A DNA stretch of 64,000 nt from an uncultured bacterium (GTDB lineage: Bacteria > Verrucomicrobiota > Kiritimatiellia > RFP12 > UBA1067), in assembly GCA_902780865.1 (NCBI GenBank), contig CACZHC010000042.1, positions 279 to 64,278 on the forward strand, written 5' to 3'. Under the pieces are notes generated by a model that ran no database searches, was not told where the DNA came from, and saw only the letters and a list, made by a program, of their open reading frames with translations. The translations under genes were made by a program, and so were the position numbers. This document shows, piece by piece, positions 47,048 through 55,578 of the stretch. The number at the start of each line of letters is the position of its first letter. Positions within the stretch are counted from its first letter, which is position 1.

Positions 47048-48076
47048 ATGAAAGTAACTGTAATTATCCCATGCTTTCACAATGAGTCGACGATATCTGA
47101 TGTGCTTGCGGACATTAGATGCCAGACCTGTTCCGATTGGGAATTGCTGGTTGTTGGAAATGGTTCTTGTCAAGAAGCACAGCGGAAGATTGTGGAGGCC
47201 GCCGCATCTAAAGATGGCCGCATAAAATACTTGTCCATAGAAGAGGCTGGTGTCAGTCGGGCACGAAATTTAGGAATTGAAAAGGCATCTGGCGAATGGA
47301 TCGCCTTTGTTGATGCGGATGACCGAGTGCCGCCGCAGTGGTTGGGTAATTTTCTTTCTCATGTTTCCCTGGAGCCGGATGTTGTCGCTGGCGGTATCAG
47401 CTATAGAGACGAGCGCTCTTCGAATGTGCATCGTACTGACTTGAAGCTCGACTCGGAAGAAGTGTATTGCACTGATGCCAAAGAGTTTGTCTCTGTATTT
47501 TTAAGCGATATGGCGGTAACTTATTCGCCGTGTACAAAAATATTCAGAACTCAATTTCTCAAGAATTCGGGCATAATGTTTCGAGAGGATATATCTGTCT
47601 ATGAAGACGGCATATTCAACCTTGAAATTGCCATGGCCTGTAGCTCGATGTGCTTCATAAGGCAAACGGGATATGAATATTGCCTGCATCCTTCGACATC
47701 TGCCATAGGTCGTTATCATGCATGTATGAAAGAGGCTGTCGATGCGAGAAGAAAGCTAATTGAATCCGTCATGCGGCGTGGCGGGCTCAAGCAGAATGAC
47801 ATAGAGCGGCGCATGTCTGTGCAGCTTGAAGCCGACATGCTCGATGTTTTTCTCAATCTCTACAGACCTGGTTCATCAACGAAATTCTCTGGCAAGGTCA
47901 AACTAGCCAGGGAGATTTTTGCAAATGAAGACATTGCACGTGCTTGGAGAGTATCACGTCCGACAATGAAGAACCTGCCTCTACTGGCGTTTTGGTCCTT
48001 CTATGTCATGCGGTCGCCATTCTTGTGCGTTATGGCGTTCCATTTTCTTTTTCTTCTACGAAAGCTTTGGAGGTGA
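47048..48076 (+). CDS. family 2 glycosyltransferase
   Basis: MKVTVIIPCFHNE..LLVVGNGS..FVDADD. Confidence 0.9.
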   Translation: MKVTVIIPCFHNESTISDVLADIRCQTCSDWELLVVGNGSCQEAQRKIVEAAASKDGRIKYLSIEEAGVSRARNLGIEKASGEWIAFVDADDRVPPQWLGNFLSHVSLEPDVVAGGISYRDERSSNVHRTDLKLDSEEVYCTDAKEFVSVFLSDMAVTYSPCTKIFRTQFLKNSGIMFREDISVYEDGIFNLEIAMACSSMCFIRQTGYEYCLHPSTSAIGRYHACMKEAVDARRKLIESVMRRGGLKQNDIERRMSVQLEADMLDVFLNLYRPGSSTKFSGKVKLAREIFANEDIARAWRVSRPTMKNLPLLAFWSFYVMRSPFLCVMAFHFLFLLRKLWR

Positions 48077-48080
48077 GGCC

Positions 48081-48914
48081 GTGAGACGTCCCGATTCACC
48101 AGAAGACCTGAAGCTTCTTTCCTTGCATCTGGAAAAAAGCAACGCGCTCGGAATGGCTGGGCTTGGAGATGTCACGCCAAGGAAAGACGTCACGGTGCTG
48201 ATGTACTTCTTCTGGGCAGAAGACAAAGCCGCAGAAAAGTGGCCTGAGTTCAAAGGTGCCATCCTGGAGACGTGGAGAAAATGCGGATTACTTAAGACTG
48301 TCATTGTAACAAATGCCTTGTGCCAATGTCTAAGCGATTTTGCTGGAGTCTTTGATAATGTTGAGATTCAGGTAGAGAAGCGTCTCGTTCCCGGTGATAT
48401 TGTTTCAATGAGCTATGATTGCAACTCACATCTTCACGAACGATTCTCAACTGACTATGTGCTCATAATCCAGAATGACGGTTTCCCGCTCCGCACGGGA
48501 TTAGATGAATTCATTGAGGCTGGATACGATTTCATTGGGGCGCCGCACTGCAGGCCGTTATTTATACCGAGTCTTTTGACTCGTCTGCTGCGCTACTGTC
48601 CGTCTAACGGCGGCTTTTCTCTGCGGTCAAGACGCCTTTGTCGGCTTGCCGCCAAGCTTTGGGAATCTGGGCATTTCGCTTCAAAGCCGTATGTTGAGGA
48701 TGTCATTGCAGAAGACTACTTCTATACAAAGACATTGCCTTTGTCCGGCTTAGGGAATTGGCTTCGTCGCAGCCAGGCGTCCAGTGCTTTGTCGGACCGG
48801 TTTTCGTATGGCGCGGCATTCCCATTGACTGCGAAGTCATTGCCATTTGGATTTCATACTGCAACTGCATTTGGCGAGCTGAACCGGAAGCTTGGATTTG
48901 TTGGTGCAGGATAG
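48081..48914 (+). CDS. DUF5672-like protein
   Basis: GGAGGTGA then GTG at 48081, just after the stop at 48076. YVLIIQNDGFP..DFIGAP..NGGFSLRS. Confidence 0.7.
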   Translation: MRRPDSPEDLKLLSLHLEKSNALGMAGLGDVTPRKDVTVLMYFFWAEDKAAEKWPEFKGAILETWRKCGLLKTVIVTNALCQCLSDFAGVFDNVEIQVEKRLVPGDIVSMSYDCNSHLHERFSTDYVLIIQNDGFPLRTGLDEFIEAGYDFIGAPHCRPLFIPSLLTRLLRYCPSNGGFSLRSRRLCRLAAKLWESGHFASKPYVEDVIAEDYFYTKTLPLSGLGNWLRRSQASSALSDRFSYGAAFPLTAKSLPFGFHTATAFGELNRKLGFVGAG

Positions 48915-49027
48915 ACGGCTAGTTATTCCTATAAGAGTTTATAGACTTTAGAGAATGATAATTCAAGTTCGGTGCAAGATGTTGGGACAGTTGAATATCA
49001 TCGTGATCTCATGTAGCATGGAGTGCT

Positions 49028-49666
49028 TTAGGGGCACTTGCGCAATCGAAAGGCAATTTGCATAGACTTAATCTCAGGGATGAATAGCTTGATGCAGTTC
49101 AAAATAAGATTCTTTATTGGCTTGAATGGCATTGGGGGCAGTGGTCTGCACAACTCAACGTGCCATCTGCTTTCCTCGGCCATTCGCGCAAAGCTTTTCT
49201 TCGTGAAGAGATGAAGATGCGTATAGTCAAGAACGCCGGCATCTACGTATTGAAAGTCGCCTTTGATCAGCAGCTCAAAAAGCGTGACTGCGTTTCTCAC
49301 GTTTGGCACAGAGACAATCATCGCGCCATTATCGCAAAGCTTTTCACGGACATTTCTGAGAAAACTTTTCGGGTCCGGCATATGCTCAATGACGTCGTTG
49401 CAGACAATTAGATCGAAGTGGCGGTCGGGAATCTGTGCGCTTACATCGTCATAAGCTCCGTTGAGCACATGCGTGAGCGACGAAGCTGCCAATGCGGCGG
49501 CGGATGAACATGGTTCTATTCCCCAGTACTCTATTCCATCCTTGAAATTGTCTCTAAATCTCCCTGCTCCACAACCGATTTCGAGAATGCGCTGTGGAGT
49601 GCCATTGATGAACGCTGCCATTTCTGGACGCAAATTGTTATAGTAGGACAAAACGTTGTCATTCAT
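49028..49666 (-). CDS. class I SAM-dependent methyltransferase
   Basis: ILEIGCGAGRF motif I. Start taken at MNDNVLSYY (49666), 12 nt after the flippase stop. Confidence 0.85.
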   Translation of the reverse strand: MNDNVLSYYNNLRPEMAAFINGTPQRILEIGCGAGRFRDNFKDGIEYWGIEPCSSAAALAASSLTHVLNGAYDDVSAQIPDRHFDLIVCNDVIEHMPDPKSFLRNVREKLCDNGAMIVSVPNVRNAVTLFELLIKGDFQYVDAGVLDYTHLHLFTKKSFARMAEESRWHVELCRPLPPMPFKPIKNLILNCIKLFIPEIKSMQIAFRLRKCP

Positions 49667-49677
49667 AGGGGGTGCCG

Positions 49678-50997
49678 CTAGTTGCGTGTTGTAATGTTTA
49701 ATAGGCAAGGCACGGCTCTCAGCGCATTGATACCTGTCATACACCAGAGCATGGTGTCAAGGGATCGGATGTTGTGCGCGTCGAGAAACGCTGCCCATGA
49801 GGCAGGAATATAGGCGGCGTAATAGCCGTAGCCCGTAACGAGAAGGAGCAGCGCGGGATATGCTAGGTCAAGAGGCATCATCCATTTCATAAAACCGAAT
49901 CTGTTGGCTGAAATCTCAGTTGTCGTGAAGAACCCGATGATTGATACGAGGAAAGATATTCCGATGAGCCAAGGGACAGCCCACCAATAGGCCGCATACT
50001 GGTCTCCATGTGGTAGCAGAGACAATATCCACTTCCCGCAAAACAGGAAGGGCACGGACAACGCGAGGCAAAAAAGGGCGTTTGCACCGATAACTTTCAG
50101 CAAAAGAGGACGAGTATCTTCACCTGCGGCGGATTTCTCTGCTGTAAACGGGAAGATGGTGAACGCGAGAGTAGCTGACAGAAAGCTGGCGATCTCCGAG
50201 AATCGCGTTGCCATGTAATAACCGGCAGAATCTAGATCGGGCAACCGCTGTCTAAGCACCATTGATTCGACGAGAAGGAAGAATCCGCCGGTAAGTCCGC
50301 TTGCCAAAAATACAGCGAGCAGTGCGGAGAATTGCTTGACTGTGGCGCGGTTCCAGTAAGGAGCGGCTTTTACGGAAAGTTCTTTGCGGAGAGCGACGAC
50401 GGAGGCGGCGATGGAGAATGCGGGCGTCGCGGCCTGACCTACGAAGTAGCCGGTTATGGCGCGAAAGGGCATCGCGAGAAGCATTGCTATCAGGCGCACG
50501 GGCGCGCCAACGATGCTAAGGAGCGATTGTGCCTTGAACTTCTTCAGTGCTTGTAGCGCGTTCGAGTAGATTGGCGCGACTGCTCCAACGAACGACGCGG
50601 CGATGATGACTAGGCCGAGCGAGCCTTCGACGATGCGGATGCGCTCGAGAAAGGCGGGGAGAAGGAATCGCGCGACGACGATAGCGACGAAGAGAAAAAC
50701 TGCAGTCGCGGCAAATACGCCGCGCATTAGGGTTTTGAGCTTGCCGAATTCCTTGCCGATGGAAAGACGAGTCAGTTCATTGCGGAATGTGTTGGCGAAC
50801 GCGGCGACGGGAATTGCGAGAAAGTTGGCGAACTGCGTGAGCGGCATTACTGCGCCGAGTTCCGTCGGGTCGACGTACTTCGGGACAAGCCACAGACCGA
50901 CAAAGGCGTTGAGCAAGTCCGCCGCGCGGCAGGCGCAGAAGAGCATCAGCGAATACCACCAGAAGTCGCCGAGCCGGGCATGGAGTTTTGCAAGCAT
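49678..50997 (-). CDS. Wzx-like polysaccharide flippase (MOP superfamily)
   Basis: 439 aa, about 12 hydrophobic segments, island context. Confidence 0.75.
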   Translation of the reverse strand: MLAKLHARLGDFWWYSLMLFCACRAADLLNAFVGLWLVPKYVDPTELGAVMPLTQFANFLAIPVAAFANTFRNELTRLSIGKEFGKLKTLMRGVFAATAVFLFVAIVVARFLLPAFLERIRIVEGSLGLVIIAASFVGAVAPIYSNALQALKKFKAQSLLSIVGAPVRLIAMLLAMPFRAITGYFVGQAATPAFSIAASVVALRKELSVKAAPYWNRATVKQFSALLAVFLASGLTGGFFLLVESMVLRQRLPDLDSAGYYMATRFSEIASFLSATLAFTIFPFTAEKSAAGEDTRPLLLKVIGANALFCLALSVPFLFCGKWILSLLPHGDQYAAYWWAVPWLIGISFLVSIIGFFTTTEISANRFGFMKWMMPLDLAYPALLLLVTGYGYYAAYIPASWAAFLDAHNIRSLDTMLWCMTGINALRAVPCLLNITTRN

Positions 50998-51005
50998 TGA
51001 CGCGT

Positions 51006-51014
51006 ATTATACCA
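51006..51014 (-). promoter_or_regulatory. extended -10 box TGGTATAAT, 8 nt before the ATG at 50997 (leaderless)
   Basis: Complement of attatacca. Confidence 0.5.
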
Positions 51015-51072
51015 AAATACCCGCTGGTAAGCATTGCGCGATGCGGACCCGATTCCAACGGCGGCGAGAATT

Positions 51073-51081
51073 TGGTATAAT
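51073..51081 (+). promoter_or_regulatory. extended -10 box TGGTATAAT, 7 nt before the ATG at 51089 (leaderless)
   Basis: atttggtataat atgcagc ATG. Confidence 0.55.
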
Positions 51082-51088
51082 ATGCAGC

Positions 51089-51967
51089 ATGAAGCTTTCA
51101 GGTACGATTACAGCCCTTATAACGCCGTTCTCTGGCGACGGCTCGGTTGACTATGGGGCGTTGCGCTCTTTGGTTGAGCGCCAGACACAGGCCGGCATCG
51201 AGGGCATCTGCTCCGTCGGCACGAGCGGAGAGTCGCCGACTCTCTCGCACGAGGAACACCACAAGGTCATCGAGAAGACGATCGAATTTGCCGCGGGGAA
51301 GTGCAAGATCATCGCCGGCACGGGCGCCAACTCCACATCCGAGGCCGTGTCTCTCACAAAGGCCGCGATAGCGGCTGGCGGCGCGGACGCATGCCTTCAG
51401 GTGACGCCATACTACAACAAGCCGAACCCAGAAGGGCTTTACCGCCACTTCATGACGGTCGCCGACCTCGGGCTTCCCGTCGTCCTCTACAACGTGCCTG
51501 GCCGCACCGGACGCGAGATACCGCTCGACGTCGTCGTGCGCCTCGCGAAGCATCCCAACATCGTCGCGATCAAGGAGGCCGCGGGCTCTGTCGAGAGGGT
51601 GAGCGCCATCAAGAATCGGCTTCCCGACTTCACCGTCCTCTCCGGCGACGATTCGCTCGCGCTCCCGATGGCCTCGGTCGGCGCGGAAGGCGTAATCTCC
51701 GTCGCGTCGAACGTCATCCCGAAGGAGATGGGCGACATGATCCGCCTCGCGCTCGCCGGCGACTTCGTTGGCGCCCGTGCGATTCACGCGAAATTCTATC
51801 CGCTCTTCCACGACCTCTTCATCGACGTAAATCCCGTCATGGTCAAGGAGGCGCTTTGGCTCATGGGCATCATTGAGCGCGCGTTCCGTCTACCTCTCTG
51901 CGAGACCGACGACGCAAAGCTCGCGCAGCTCAAGTCGACCCTGTCGGCCTTAAAGTTAATTGGCTGA
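51089..51967 (+). CDS. dapA: 4-hydroxy-tetrahydrodipicolinate synthase
   Basis: MKLSGTITALITPF..GTSGESPTLSHEEH..YNKP. The 162-codon upstream part of ORF 50603 is antisense to the flippase and Arg/Ser-rich. Confidence 0.95.
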   Translation: MKLSGTITALITPFSGDGSVDYGALRSLVERQTQAGIEGICSVGTSGESPTLSHEEHHKVIEKTIEFAAGKCKIIAGTGANSTSEAVSLTKAAIAAGGADACLQVTPYYNKPNPEGLYRHFMTVADLGLPVVLYNVPGRTGREIPLDVVVRLAKHPNIVAIKEAAGSVERVSAIKNRLPDFTVLSGDDSLALPMASVGAEGVISVASNVIPKEMGDMIRLALAGDFVGARAIHAKFYPLFHDLFIDVNPVMVKEALWLMGIIERAFRLPLCETDDAKLAQLKSTLSALKLIG

Positions 51968-52029
51968 CCCCTGACTCCTGACTCCTGACTCCTGGCCCCT
52001 AACCCCTGACTCCTGCCCCCTGACCCCTA
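51968..52029 (+). repeat. C-rich, G-poor degenerate CCTGACT heptamer array filling the dapA-ispF spacer
   Basis: cccctgactcctgactcctgactcctggcccctaacccctgactcctgccccctgaccccta. The reverse complement motif recurs inside hrpB (60106-60131, 60197-60225). Confidence 0.8.
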
Positions 52030-52497
52030 ATGCGCATCGGCTTTGGCTATGATTCACACATCTTCGAGAGCGGGAAGCCGCTTGTCCTCGGTGGCGTGAT
52101 CATTCCCGAATGCGACGGCCTTAAGGCGCATTCCGACGGCGATGTCGTAATCCACGCGGTGATCGACTCGCTCCTCGGCGCGGCGGCGCTTGGCGACATC
52201 GGCTCACATTTCCCCGACACTGACGACCGCTGGAAGGGCGCCGATTCCGGTGAGCTTCTGAAGAGCGTCGTCTACGAGCTTCGCGGTGCCGGCTACGCGA
52301 TCGAGAACATCGACGTCACCGTTATCTGCGAGCGTCCGAAACTGAGGCCGTTCGTCGAGCTCATCCGCTCGTCACTCGCCGAACTCATGAGCGTCGGCAT
52401 CGGCAGAATATCGGTGAAGGGGAAGACTAACGAGGGCATGGACGCAGTCGGCGCCGGGAAGGGCATCGCCGTCCACGCGGTCGCGCTGCTCAAGTAA
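52030..52497 (+). CDS. ispF: 2-C-methyl-D-erythritol 2,4-cyclodiphosphate synthase
   Basis: MRIGFGYDSH..HSDGDVVIHA..GDIGSHFPDTD. Confidence 0.95.
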   Translation: MRIGFGYDSHIFESGKPLVLGGVIIPECDGLKAHSDGDVVIHAVIDSLLGAAALGDIGSHFPDTDDRWKGADSGELLKSVVYELRGAGYAIENIDVTVICERPKLRPFVELIRSSLAELMSVGIGRISVKGKTNEGMDAVGAGKGIAVHAVALLK

Positions 52498-52502
52498 TGC
52501 GA

Positions 52503-52871
52503 CTACTCTTCGACTGACTTCGGCTTTACGTCGAGATAGCCCGCGACGCCCGTCGTGTTGGTGGGGAATACGACTTCGACACCTTTGCTCTGGATAAGCA
52601 TCCTGATGTTCGTCTGTGCGATTTTCATCGAGTCGTATTTCATTGTCAGCGTCTTCTTGTCGAAGTCGAATTTGAAAGAGTCGGTGAAGATGCCTTCGTA
52701 GACGCGTGGAGGGCGGCCCGGGCTGCGGATGGTAAAAGCGTCGACGACTTTCGACTTGTCGGCTTCTGTCAGCGACGGCATCTCTACGGTGAATTCGCGT
52801 ATGTCCTCGCGGCGGCACCCGCAAAGAACCGCCAGGGATACGATTGCAATCAAGGACAAAGTGTTTTTCAT
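52503..52871 (-). CDS. small lipoprotein of unknown function
   Basis: MKNTLSLIAIVSLAVLCGC lipobox; 122 aa. Confidence 0.7.
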   Translation of the reverse strand: MKNTLSLIAIVSLAVLCGCRREDIREFTVEMPSLTEADKSKVVDAFTIRSPGRPPRVYEGIFTDSFKFDFDKKTLTMKYDSMKIAQTNIRMLIQSKGVEVVFPTNTTGVAGYLDVKPKSVEE

Positions 52872-52951
52872 GGTGTTTGCTGGTTGTTTCAGACAGGATT
52901 TACAAGATTTACAGGATTTCCTGATATTTCAGAGCGCTGAATGATTTTTGA

Positions 52952-54148
52952 TTACTGAAATGTGCTAACGTCCTTGTCGGGACCGAAAGGCGAGAGGTCG
53001 CGAAGCCCCTTGATGATGGGCGGCAGCTTCTCAAGCACGTAGTCGACTTCTTCATCGGTCGAGTAGCGGCTTAGCGAGAGGCGCACCGAGCCGTGAATCG
53101 CGGTAAAGGGAACTCCCATCGCCCGTATTACGTGGCTCGGGTCGAGCGAGCCCGACGCGCATGCGGAGCCAGTCGAGATGCAGATCCCGATATCGCTAAG
53201 GCGATAGGCGATCGCCTCGCCCTCGATGTACTCGAAAGAGACGTTGAGCGTGTTCGGGAGTCGGTGCGCCTTGTCGCCGTTTACGCGGACGTTCGGGCAG
53301 GACGCGAGGATCCCCGCCTCGAGCCGGTCGCGGAGGGCCGTCAGCTTCTTCGCCTCGTCGGCCATGCCGAGGCGCGCGAGTTCGCACGCCTTTGCAAGCC
53401 CGATGATGTACGGGACGTTCTCCGTTCCCGCACGGCGACCGCCTTCCTGGTGCCCGCCGAGCATGAAGGGCTTGACCTTCGTTCCCTTGCGGACGTAGAA
53501 GATTCCGATTCCCTTCGGCGCGTGGAACTTGTGGCCCGACATTGCAAGCATGTCGACGGGAACTTTTTTCACGTCCACGGGAATCTTGCCGGCGACCTGC
53601 ACCGCGTCGGTGTGGAAGATCGCGCCGCGCGCCTTGCAGATTTCGGCGATCTTCTCGATCGGGAAGACGGTTCCAGTCTCGTTATTCGCCCACATCGTCG
53701 AGACGAGGACGGGGCGGTTCGCCGCCTTTGCGGAGTCGATTTCAGAGGAAAGCTGGTCGAGGTCGATCTGTCCGACGCCGTTGACGGGAAGCTCGACAGT
53801 CTCGAAGCCGAGCGCCTTGAGTCGGCGGACGGGCTGGAGGACCGCGGGGTGCTCCACGGCCGTCGTGATTACCTTCAGGTCCTTGCCGAACCAGTCGGCC
53901 GTGCCGCGGATCGCGGAGTTGTCGGACTCCGTCGCACAAGAAGTGAAGATGACTTCCTCTGGCGAGCAGTTGAGGAATGCCGCGACCTCTTCTCTCGACC
54001 GGTCGACAAATTTTGCGACTTGTCCGCCGAAAGCGTGCATCGAGCTTGGGTTGCCGTAGAGCTTGTCGAAAAACGGCAGCATAACGTCCCTCACCTCTGG
54101 CGCGATTGCAGACGTGGCGTTGTTGTCAAAGTAGACTGTCTTTTCCAT
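52952..54148 (-). CDS. cysteine desulfurase (NifS/IscS class)
   Basis: SGHKFHAPKGIG PLP-lysine motif and C-terminal TGSACASG active-site loop. Confidence 0.92.
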   Translation of the reverse strand: MEKTVYFDNNATSAIAPEVRDVMLPFFDKLYGNPSSMHAFGGQVAKFVDRSREEVAAFLNCSPEEVIFTSCATESDNSAIRGTADWFGKDLKVITTAVEHPAVLQPVRRLKALGFETVELPVNGVGQIDLDQLSSEIDSAKAANRPVLVSTMWANNETGTVFPIEKIAEICKARGAIFHTDAVQVAGKIPVDVKKVPVDMLAMSGHKFHAPKGIGIFYVRKGTKVKPFMLGGHQEGGRRAGTENVPYIIGLAKACELARLGMADEAKKLTALRDRLEAGILASCPNVRVNGDKAHRLPNTLNVSFEYIEGEAIAYRLSDIGICISTGSACASGSLDPSHVIRAMGVPFTAIHGSVRLSLSRYSTDEEVDYVLEKLPPIIKGLRDLSPFGPDKDVSTFQ

Positions 54149-54156
54149 CGGCGCAT

Positions 54157-54165
54157 ATTATACCA
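54157..54165 (-). promoter_or_regulatory. extended -10 box TGGTATAAT, 8 nt before the ATG at 54148 (leaderless)
   Basis: Complement of attatacca. Confidence 0.5.
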
Positions 54166-54212
54166 CAATCCGCTGTCCGATAGGAGAATCGCAAGTCGTC
54201 GCGCTAGATTTT

Positions 54213-54221
54213 TGGTATAAT
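54213..54221 (+). promoter_or_regulatory. extended -10 box TGGTATAAT, 6 nt before the ATG at 54228
   Basis: ttttggtataat ttacgc ATG. Confidence 0.5.
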
Positions 54222-54227
54222 TTACGC

Positions 54228-54278
54228 ATGGACATGACCGTGATTTTCGCAATGGGCGGGACTGTATGGCCCTATTGA
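54228..54278 (+). CDS. 16-codon leaderless uORF (MDMTVIFAMGGTVWPY) overlapping the hydF start
   Basis: Starts at the predicted TSS. Its TGA (54276) lies 10 nt past the hydF ATG in another frame. Confidence 0.25.
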   Translation: MDMTVIFAMGGTVWPY

Positions 54279-55402
54279 ACGAGACTCCTCAGGCAAATCG
54301 CGTTCGCATCGCCTTCTTCGGGCTGCGCAACGCGGGAAAGTCTACGCTCGTAAACGCCTTTACGGGCCAGGATCTCGCAATCGTCTCGGACACTCCCGGC
54401 ACGACGACAGACCCTGTCTCGAAGGCGATGGAGATTCTTCCTCTTGGACCCTGCCTTATCACCGATACGGCTGGTCTCGACGACGAGGGCGAGCTTGGCG
54501 AACTTCGCGTAAAGAAGACTCTGGGCGTTCTCGAAATCACCGACATCGCAATCTGGGTAGAGACGCCGCATGACGCCGATCGCGCCGACTTGCGCGAGCT
54601 TTTCCTCGGGGAGTGCCGTCGCCGCAACGTCGTCGTGCTTGACTACAGGCGCGGCGATTCTGTCGACGAACTCAAGCGCAAGATCGCCGACATCAAGCTT
54701 GTTGATGTCGTTCCTGGTCTTCTCGACGGCCTTGTCGAAAAAGGTGACCGCGTTGTGGCCGTATGCCCTATCGACGAGTCTGCGCCGAAGGGGCGAATTA
54801 TCCTCCCGCAAGTGCAGCTTATCCGCGATTGCCTCGACCGCCATGCGACGAGTATAGTCTGCCAGCCAGCGGAACTTCCCGACGCGCTTGATCGCGCAGG
54901 AGCAGGTGCGCTCGTTGTCACAGACTCGCAGGCGTTTGGCGAGGTGCGGCGAGCGGTTGCGGGACGCGATGTCCGCCTGACTTCATTTTCGATTCTCTTT
55001 GCGAGGCAGAAGGGTGATCTTGCCGAGTTCCTGAAAGGCGTCGCGGCGGTGAAGAATCTCAAGGACGGCGACACGGTGCTGATAGCCGAGGGCTGCACGC
55101 ACCATCGCCAGTGCAATGACATTGGCGCTGTGAAGATTCCGAAAGCGCTCACGAAGCTCTCAGGAGGGAAGAAGCTCAACTTCGTCTTTTCGTCTGGGGC
55201 GACATTCAGTTTGCGCGAACACGCAAATGTCGCGCTTGTCGTCCACTGCGGCGGCTGCATGCTGACGCGGCGAGAAGTCTTGCGACGCATCGACTGCGCG
55301 AAGGAAGCGAGAGTTCCCATCGTGAACTACGGCATCCTGCTCGCCGCCGCAAACGGTCTTTCCGATGTCTCCGAAATCGGAATCGTCGCTTCTTCTACAT
55401 AA
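54266..55402 (+). CDS. hydF: [FeFe]-hydrogenase H-cluster maturation GTPase
   Basis: P-loop GLRNAGKST, DTPG, and C-terminal EGCTHH..HCGGC cluster-binding motif. Confidence 0.88.
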   Translation: MALLNETPQANRVRIAFFGLRNAGKSTLVNAFTGQDLAIVSDTPGTTTDPVSKAMEILPLGPCLITDTAGLDDEGELGELRVKKTLGVLEITDIAIWVETPHDADRADLRELFLGECRRRNVVVLDYRRGDSVDELKRKIADIKLVDVVPGLLDGLVEKGDRVVAVCPIDESAPKGRIILPQVQLIRDCLDRHATSIVCQPAELPDALDRAGAGALVVTDSQAFGEVRRAVAGRDVRLTSFSILFARQKGDLAEFLKGVAAVKNLKDGDTVLIAEGCTHHRQCNDIGAVKIPKALTKLSGGKKLNFVFSSGATFSLREHANVALVVHCGGCMLTRREVLRRIDCAKEARVPIVNYGILLAAANGLSDVSEIGIVASST

Positions 55403-55417
55403 TCTACACTGTTCAAA

Positions 55418-55532
55418 TTTTAACGCAGAGACGCAAAGTACGCAGAGAAAGGTGGGATTTTAACGGAGATAACTTCAAAAAAGCTATAATGCAACTCAGC
55501 GTTCTCTGCGCCTCCGCGTCTCTGCGTTAAAA
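55418..55532. repeat. 115-nt imperfect long palindrome (15-17 bp + 9 bp arms, ~52-nt loop)
   Basis: ttttaacgcagagacgc (55418-55434) pairs with gcgtctctgcgttaaaa (55516-55532). cgcagagaa (55441-55449) pairs with ttctctgcg (55502-55510). Confidence 0.7.
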
Positions 55533-55578
55533 ACTATACACACTTTTGGTGAATTTGGCTAAAAATGAAAGGCGACAA

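Noticed and set aside
50603-51088. 162-codon N-terminal extension of the dapA ORF in the track
   Set aside because: It is antisense to the flippase gene and Arg/Ser-rich. The canonical DapA N terminus MKLSGTITALITPF starts at 51089, right behind a consensus promoter.
51968-52029. Heptamer arrays and other short tandem repeats as a possible CRISPR array
   Set aside because: Units are 7-8 nt with no spacers of 25-40 nt, and no cas genes are present.
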